From Erysipelotrichaceae bacterium (GTDB lineage: Bacteria; Bacillota_I; Bacilli_A; Erysipelotrichales; Coprobacillaceae), in the NCBI GenBank assembly GCA_028698185.1, contig JAQVDW010000031.1, positions 1 through 21,046 on the forward strand: 21,046 nucleotides of DNA, in the 5' to 3' direction. The notes below the pieces were generated by a model. That model made no database searches, had not been told where the DNA came from, and saw only the letters and a program-made list of their open reading frames with translations. Below, piece after piece: positions 16,080 through 21,046 of this stretch (position 1 is the stretch's first letter; each line of letters begins with the position of its first letter). The position numbers and the translations under genes are program-made.

Positions 16080-16916
16080 TCATTGTTTTTCCAGGTTTGC
16101 CATTATTTCATTATAGCGACCGGTCGCGAGCATGCTTGGCTGGCCTTTTTTACAAAATGAAAATTTTGCAAGCTTGGGAACGACCCGTTCGACGACAATC
16201 TTTCCATCGATCATCTTCGCCTGCAAGGCCGCAAGGGCTTCTAGGAATCGGGAATCTTTTCTTGCTCTGTCATAAAACGACAACACATAGACATAGATGA
16301 AAAGATTGTAGTTTCGAAACGGGTATTCGACTTGCATGAAAAGGCTGCCGATGCCATAGTGGCACGGTCCTAAAGGCGCCCGAGTCGTCCAGTGGTCCAG
16401 CAAAAAGTCCACCGCAAGGTCAAGCGCCGGTTCCTTGTTGGCATAACCGCCAAAACGGAAAACGTTGAGAGCAACCAGTGTTGGAAAAGGATTCGAAGCC
16501 TCCGTTTCTTTGCCCCGGCCGAAGCTGAACTTATTGCAACGCCATCCCCCGTCATCATGCTGGATGTCAAGCAGGTGGCGCAGTGTCTTTTGGATTCTTT
16601 GATCGTCCGCATATCCCATCTGGCAAAGGACATTGGCCCCATGGATTGTCTGGCAAGGATAGCTGGCCCCTTTTGGTGCCAGCTTGAACCGGCCGTCCTC
16701 CTGCCAAGTCTCGAAGATAAGATCGGAACATTCCTTCAGCGGCGAAGCCCCGGGATCCATACCTAGTTCCATGAGATAAAGGACGCTTTCCAAGGTGGAA
16801 AACGGCGCTCCCTTGATCAGTCGTCTGTCGGCTGTGGTCCAAAAATCATCCCCCAGGTCAAAGCGATGGGAAAGAATCCGGGCCACATCCGCTTCATATT
16901 GGTCATCTACAGTCAT
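16080..16916 (-). CDS. Prenyltransferase / terpene-cyclase-like alpha/alpha-toroid repeat protein
   Basis: 278 aa with GGAGG 7 nt upstream. QW-like repeat LLDIQHDDGGWR. Conserved-looking Cys/His positions WRCN and GPCHYG. The gap to the downstream ferredoxin gene is 105 nt with no terminator. Confidence 0.6.
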   Translation of the reverse strand: MTVDDQYEADVARILSHRFDLGDDFWTTADRRLIKGAPFSTLESVLYLMELGMDPGASPLKECSDLIFETWQEDGRFKLAPKGASYPCQTIHGANVLCQMGYADDQRIQKTLRHLLDIQHDDGGWRCNKFSFGRGKETEASNPFPTLVALNVFRFGGYANKEPALDLAVDFLLDHWTTRAPLGPCHYGIGSLFMQVEYPFRNYNLFIYVYVLSFYDRARKDSRFLEALAALQAKMIDGKIVVERVVPKLAKFSFCKKGQPSMLATGRYNEIMANLEKQ

Positions 16917-17035
16917 ATCGATGCCTCCCTTACATGGTTCAATATAGAAACTTACCTGAACGCCGTTGAACCGGCCTTCAAAATCCAGCCAGCCAAGCGT
17001 CCTTTCTAACTAACATAAACCCAGTGGAACATTTT

Positions 17036-17068
17036 TTCAAAAATCCCCTGGTTCCAGAGCCGGGATTT
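17036..17068 (-). terminator. Intrinsic terminator directly after the 17070-17393 ORF
   Basis: Minus strand AAATCCC-GGCTCTGGAACCAG-GGGATTT followed by TTG (five consecutive T counting the stem end). It starts 2 nt after the TAA stop. Confidence 0.55.
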
Positions 17069-17069
17069 A

Positions 17070-17458
17070 TTACGGGTAATGAATTCGTCCGGCGAAACCG
17101 TAGCGCAACCCGTTCCATGTGCTGGTGATCATTGAAACAGCAGCATCCTGAGTGAACAAACCGTAATGATGGATGTAAATGACATTGGCTAACTGCTTGG
17201 ATACTACAAGGAGTGTTAGTTGCTTATCCGGGTTCCAAAATCGACTTGCATCACGCCAGCTCCCTCTTCCTGATGGCATCAAAGTTGACCAGGTGATAGA
17301 TACTATCAAGCAAAGGATATGGAGCGAAATCATTTCGCAATTATCGTATAAAACCCATTTTGATGCGGAGGCTATCCGACACCATGGGGCCAAAAATCAG
17401 GGACATACCCCCAACTCAGCTCGACAATCTGAGTTCCAAAAGTGCTCTCAGCGGTCAT
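17070..17458 (-). pseudogene. Possible frameshifted small gene of unknown function
   Basis: An ATG-started 28-codon frame (MTAESTFGTQIVELSWGYVPDFWPHGVG*) overlaps the 107-codon frame, which starts at TTG and ends in a terminator. One base change at about 17390 would join them into about 130 aa. There is no SD and I recognise no family. Confidence 0.3.
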
Positions 17459-17587
17459 TTTGAATAAAAAGTAATGCAATTATTCTTGTCGCCAAAGATC
17501 TAGGTCATGCTTCAGTTCAGTGGAAAACACCAACGGCTTAAACTCTTAAGATCATAGCCAATTCCGGAAACCAGATTATTGCGGTTT

Positions 17588-18016
17588 CTATAAATAGAAC
17601 AATGTGGCGAGGATGGAAATCAAAATGGCATAGTAGTGATACCAAGGCAAATCCATCCTGTGGATCAGATATACCGATAACCCAACAGCTAAAATCATGA
17701 TTGCGAAAAAAAACGGCTTAAACTCATACATTTGGACCCCGATTGAAATCATCATCGTGGCCAATGCCCCGGCAAGCACACTAGCCTTGATCCAGTCAAT
17801 TAACCTTGTTCGATAAATAAGGGCACAGATCAAGATGGCACTGATTCCATAAATTATCCTAACCTTGGAAATAAGATCAAATGTCCCTGCTTGAATGGCC
17901 ATTTCCCTGACCGTCAGGAAAAGAAAAACATATATCCCATATGCAACCGCCAGTGAAACCAGACTTCCACCAGTGACTATAAGACCATTTTTTATAATTA
18001 TCGAGATATTTTTCAT
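17588..18016 (-). CDS. Small integral membrane protein (about 4 TM helices), unknown function
   Basis: 142 aa with four long hydrophobic stretches. A GGAGAG SD-like site lies 9 nt upstream of the ATG. Confidence 0.65.
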   Translation of the reverse strand: MKNISIIIKNGLIVTGGSLVSLAVAYGIYVFLFLTVREMAIQAGTFDLISKVRIIYGISAILICALIYRTRLIDWIKASVLAGALATMMISIGVQMYEFKPFFFAIMILAVGLSVYLIHRMDLPWYHYYAILISILATLFYL

Positions 18017-18585
18017 ATGACATCACTCTCCACTCCGCTTCACAAAATAATATGCCTCGTAGCCATATCCAAGAAAGTAAAAATCCGTATTCGAAAACTG
18101 TTCAAAGAAACAAACACAATACGAGAAATATACAATCGCAAAGCAAAAAATCCGGACCCATTACGAGTTAAGATTTCATAACGGGTCAAGACCAAAGGTA
18201 CGAAAAGATAAGTTGAACAGCCAAGGGCGACTCGATTCCACGTTCATACCTCACACAAGGATTTTATGCTTTGATAAATAATCATTCAAATTATCATCTT
18301 CTAACTCAATATTACAACTTTTCCTGCTAAATAAACGCGCATCCACATATAGATAATGAATAAAAGCAAATGGAATAAATACATATTTTATAAACCATTG
18401 GAATTTTTGATTGAATTTTGCGGTAGTGGGGTAGTGTCAATATCCCCTGGGGTTCGAATATTCGGAATTAATCAGCCCGATTCAAGATCCAGAGCTTGTT
18501 AAAGGAATGATTCTACTTGCAAATCAATCACGATACTATGGATACCCCAAAAGGGCCCCATCCCTAAAGATAATGGTGCTTTTCG

Positions 18586-18903
18586 CTATTTGATGTTCTT
18601 TTCGCTCCACTGACCCAATGATTCGAATATTGGAATCAATCCTCTGCCACTTTCAGTCAAGGAATACTCCACATGCGGCGGGACCTCGTTGAACTGGATC
18701 CGTTCCACAAGACCCAGCTTTTCCAGTGATTTCAAGGTAGATGACAACATCGTGTTCGAAATGCTTGGCAAGGCCTTCCTGAGTTCCCCAAAACGCATCG
18801 GCGACTGGAATATCAGTTCATAAATAATAAGTGAATTCCATTTCCCCTCAAATATCGCCATTCCCTTATGAACGGGGCAATTAATGTATTTGCTTTCTAA
18901 CAT
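18586..18903 (-). CDS. HxlR-family winged-helix transcriptional regulator
   Basis: 105 aa. CPVHKGMAIFEGKWNSLIIYEL, RFGELRKALPSISNTMLSSTLKSLEKLGLVER and PPHVEYSLTESG are typical of HxlR/DUF24 proteins. GGAGG SD upstream. Confidence 0.9.
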   Translation of the reverse strand: MLESKYINCPVHKGMAIFEGKWNSLIIYELIFQSPMRFGELRKALPSISNTMLSSTLKSLEKLGLVERIQFNEVPPHVEYSLTESGRGLIPIFESLGQWSEKNIK

Positions 18904-18953
18904 ATCGTCCTCCTGGTTAGTTGTTTCTTACTATGTAAGATTAAACTGCGTAC

Positions 18954-18981
18954 TTGATTCATTTTACGTACCAAGTATAAT
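18954..18981 (+). promoter_or_regulatory. Candidate promoter of the PNPOx-fold gene
   Basis: TTGATT (18954-18959), 16 nt spacer, TATAAT (18976-18981). Confidence 0.55.
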
Positions 18982-19002
18982 TTTATTACAGGCATTTGTC
19001 AA
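18974..19002 (-). promoter_or_regulatory. Candidate promoter of the HxlR gene
   Basis: Minus strand TTGACA (18997-19002), 17 nt spacer, TATACT (18974-18979). Its -10 box overlaps the -10 of the divergent promoter. Confidence 0.6.
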
Positions 19003-19035
19003 ATGCTTGGATAAATATTACACGGAGGATCTAAA

Positions 19036-19440
19036 ATGACAAACATCGAAAAAGTAATGGATTATCTAAACAAGGCCGAAATATTCTATGTGGCGACCGT
19101 CGCTGGTGACCAGCCCAAATGTCGGCCATTTTCATTCAAAATGGAATATGATGGCAAACTTTACTTTGGAGCAGGGACATTCAAGGATGTTTACAGGCAA
19201 CTTCAGGCAAATCCCAACATCGAAATCTGCGCCAGCACCGGGCAAGGTTTCCTAAGATATTACGGCATCGCGGTTTTTAACCACGATCCACAGATCGAAC
19301 AAGCGGCGCTTGAAAAAATGCCGATGCTCAAAAACATCTACAACGAGCAAACAGGAAAGAGACTGGGCATGTTCTACCTGGAAAATGCAACCGCCGAATT
19401 CAGAAGCATGTTAAATGTTGAAGAATCGCTGGAGATGTAG
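19036..19440 (+). CDS. Pyridoxamine 5-prime-phosphate oxidase-fold (FMN-binding split barrel) protein
   Basis: 134 aa with a GGAGG SD. FYVATVAGDQPKCRPFSF, DGKLYFGAGTFKDVYRQLQANPNIEI and the overall size fit the PNPOx-like family. It is divergent from the HxlR gene, a common pairing. Confidence 0.8.
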   Translation: MTNIEKVMDYLNKAEIFYVATVAGDQPKCRPFSFKMEYDGKLYFGAGTFKDVYRQLQANPNIEICASTGQGFLRYYGIAVFNHDPQIEQAALEKMPMLKNIYNEQTGKRLGMFYLENATAEFRSMLNVEESLEM

Positions 19441-19461
19441 GATTTGACTTTAGATAAATAT

Positions 19462-19485
19462 CTGTCATAATGGCAGATTTTTTTT
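19462..19485 (+). terminator. Rho-independent terminator of the PNPOx-fold gene
   Basis: CTGTCA-TAA-TGGCAG (6 bp including one G:U pair) followed by ATTTTTTTT. Confidence 0.75.
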
Positions 19486-19846
19486 GATTTGAGAATCATA
19501 TGGGGATTCGAATTAACTGGCGCCGTTTTTTAAACCAAGAACGAAATCCTTGAAGATCGTAAGGTCGTGTATATCCATGAAGGTCAAATCCATAAAAAGA
19601 CAAAGGACCCAACTCGACAGTCAGGTCTTTTAGAATTGCGCTCCGGAGATTTATGTAGTACAAGATACCCATCCAGGATATTTAAGAGTAATGCCGATAA
19701 CCTGACCAGATTGACATTTTGTCCCATTGAAAGTGATAGACGCCAGAAGACAATCCCATTATGTCAAAAACCCGGACTGGTGCAATCTCAATTAGAATTC
19801 CATCAATATAATAATTGCGCCATTTTTCGATTCCCTGATTCAACTT

Positions 19847-20254
19847 CTAGTCTTTATGCGCAAACCGGGCGTATATGTAGGTCCCCAACAACATTCCTGA
19901 AAAAGTGACCAATCCTAAAATTTTGCCTTCACCGAGCTGGGCAAGAACGGTGCCCGGACACGCTCCAGAAACAGCCCAACCCATTCCAAAAATTATCCCA
20001 CCGATTATCGTGTTGTGATTGAACGGTTTCCGGTTTATTTGAATTTCTTGGCCGTTAATATCCTTGTTGCCCAAGGCCTTCAATACAGTCATCCCGATTG
20101 CACCGACGATGATTGCGGTCCCCATCAGCAATGCAAGTTTGAGATTTTCGCCTGTAAACATCTGATAGATGTAATCATAATGAGAAGCTCCTGAACGACT
20201 CAAAGAGAATCCAAAGAACATGCCGGTGAACAAATATCCGATTTTCCTAATCAT
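19847..20254 (-). CDS. YeeE/YedE-family sulfur-compound transporter, small (C-terminal-type) subunit
   Basis: 135 aa from the ATG at 20252-20254, with GGAGG 8 nt upstream. Polytopic membrane protein with GWAVSGACPGT. It starts 2 nt after the upstream stop. Confidence 0.8.
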   Translation of the reverse strand: MIRKIGYLFTGMFFGFSLSRSGASHYDYIYQMFTGENLKLALLMGTAIIVGAIGMTVLKALGNKDINGQEIQINRKPFNHNTIIGGIIFGMGWAVSGACPGTVLAQLGEGKILGLVTFSGMLLGTYIYARFAHKD

Positions 20255-20255
20255 C

Positions 20256-20780
20256 CTAATTACCTCCAAACACAATAATTCTTATCAAGAATGTAGTGAA
20301 GGTACCAGCCAAGAGAAAGCATATTGTCGCTATAATGCTTGATTTTTGCCCCGTGGCAATTCCATGGATACTGTGACCTGACGTGCACCCACCAGCCAGG
20401 CGGGCGCCAAACCCCAGAAGTGCACCACCGCTGAAGAACCAGAATGCATAAATACCATAATTCCAGTTCAACCTGTCAGTAAATAGCCCCATCCCGGATT
20501 CCAATAATGGCATTCCCGAAATTCTAGCTGATACAAATCCGCCAATTATCATACCCACAATGAAGATGAAACGCCATCCGAATGGGTCTTTATAAGTGGA
20601 GGTATTCAGCCATTTAAGCTTGCTTGCCCGATTAAGAATTTTTAAAATATTACCATATCCCGTGGATACACCCAGCGCGGTATTTAGAAAATAGTACATA
20701 GCCGGCACCAGAATTCCTATCGCGATGCCTCCAAGCCACCAAGGCCACAAATCAACAAGAAGTAATTTCACAATTATCAT
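20256..20780 (-). CDS. YeeE/YedE-family sulfur-compound transporter, large (N-terminal-type) subunit
   Basis: Polytopic membrane protein with the conserved ARLAGGCTSGHSIHG loop. The start is uncertain. The ATG at 20778-20780 abuts GGAAGGAG. The GTG at 20769-20771 has better spacing. The ORF-track start at 20840 lies inside the rhodanese gene. Confidence 0.8.
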   Translation of the reverse strand: MIIVKLLLVDLWPWWLGGIAIGILVPAMYYFLNTALGVSTGYGNILKILNRASKLKWLNTSTYKDPFGWRFIFIVGMIIGGFVSARISGMPLLESGMGLFTDRLNWNYGIYAFWFFSGGALLGFGARLAGGCTSGHSIHGIATGQKSSIIATICFLLAGTFTTFLIRIIVFGGN

Positions 20781-21046
20781 CTCCTTCCACAACTGTCGGA
20801 TAGCCCAGGGCAATCCAAGCCGTCGTTCCGCCGATGACATTGATCACATTTTTTGCTTTACTCAAATTCAACATCAAACTTGCCGCCAATAGCGATCGGT
20901 TCCCCGAATTACAGATGAAAGCAACCGGTTTGTCTCCTTCGAGATCCTGATACTTCTTTCTTACATCAGGCGCGGGGATGTGCAATGTACAGCTGATATG
21001 GCCACTGTCCCATTCACTTTTAAGCCGGGTATCAATAAGCAAAATT
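20752..21046 (-). CDS. Rhodanese-domain sulfurtransferase, N-terminus outside the window
   Basis: Motifs LIDTRLKSEWDSGHI and active-site loop FICNSGNRS. The frame is open to the window edge, so this may be a single rhodanese or the C-terminus of a larger fusion. Its 3-prime end overlaps the YeeE start. Confidence 0.8.
   Translation of the reverse strand, partial: ILLIDTRLKSEWDSGHISCTLHIPAPDVRKKYQDLEGDKPVAFICNSGNRSLLAASLMLNLSKAKNVINVIGGTTAWIALGYPTVVEGDDNCEITSC

Noticed and set aside
12967-18016. Run of poorly characterised minus-strand genes (TIM barrel, MM3350-like, ferredoxin, toroid protein, membrane protein) as a single novel operon or defence-type island.
   Set aside because: Gaps of 150-670 bp with promoter-like and terminator-like elements separate most of them; only the toroid/ferredoxin pair is plausibly co-transcribed. 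No nuclease, ATPase, toxin, methylase or mobility gene is present to support a defence or mobile-island reading.
18419-18470. tRNA-like T-arm sequence GGGGTTCGAAT, which could mark a tRNA or an integration (att) site remnant.
   Set aside because: The flanks do not pair into a T-stem, and no acceptor, D or anticodon arm can be drawn. There is no integrase or direct repeat nearby.
19567-19908. 113-aa plus-strand ORF with a GTG start.
   Set aside because: It has no SD and an odd composition. Its 3-prime end runs antisense into the YeeE small-subunit gene.

Overview
Chromosomal-looking segment from a Bacillota-like bacterium, judged from strong AGGAGG Shine-Dalgarno sites, TTGACA-17-TATAAT type promoters and hairpin plus T-run terminators. 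I count 20 apparently intact CDS, 18 of them on the minus strand. I saw no rRNA, tRNA, CRISPR array, transposase, integrase or phage gene. Content from left to right: (1) a DUF438/hemerythrin/PAS sensor-like protein. (2) A CoA-disulfide reductase fused to a rhodanese domain (CoADR-RHD), divergent from a LysR regulator. (3) A canonical csoR-copA-copZ copper efflux operon with a readable promoter and GC-rich operator. (4) A decayed sulfur / tRNA-thiolation locus on the minus strand: intact Rrf2 regulator, cysteine desulfurase relic, intact cysK with its own promoter, multiply frameshifted Cys/Met PLP lyase relic, and the C-terminal half of mnmA. (5) An SDR oxidoreductase and a flavin reductase. 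(6) Four poorly characterised genes: a TIM-barrel-like protein, a pRiA4b-ORF3/MM3350-like domain protein, a 2x[4Fe-4S] protein and a prenyltransferase/terpene-cyclase-like toroid protein. (7) A small membrane protein. (8) An HxlR regulator divergent from a PNPOx-fold flavoprotein. (9) A rhodanese plus split YeeE/YedE sulfur-transporter operon that runs off the right edge. Two things stand out. First, gene decay is dense: three well-supported relics and up to three more putative ones in 21 kb, and the supported ones reconstruct an ancestral rrf2-desulfurase-mnmA type operon. Second, modules for reactive sulfur, thiol and copper handling are concentrated here, and their regulators are not the canonical CstR type. 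I do not see a clear-cut new multi-gene system such as a defence or toxin module. The best candidates for uncharacterised biology are the LysR/CoADR-RHD pair, the rhodanese/YeeE operon, the orphaned Fe-S-type Rrf2 regulator and the toroid-protein/ferredoxin gene pair. All family assignments come from motif recognition by eye and need HMM or BLAST confirmation.
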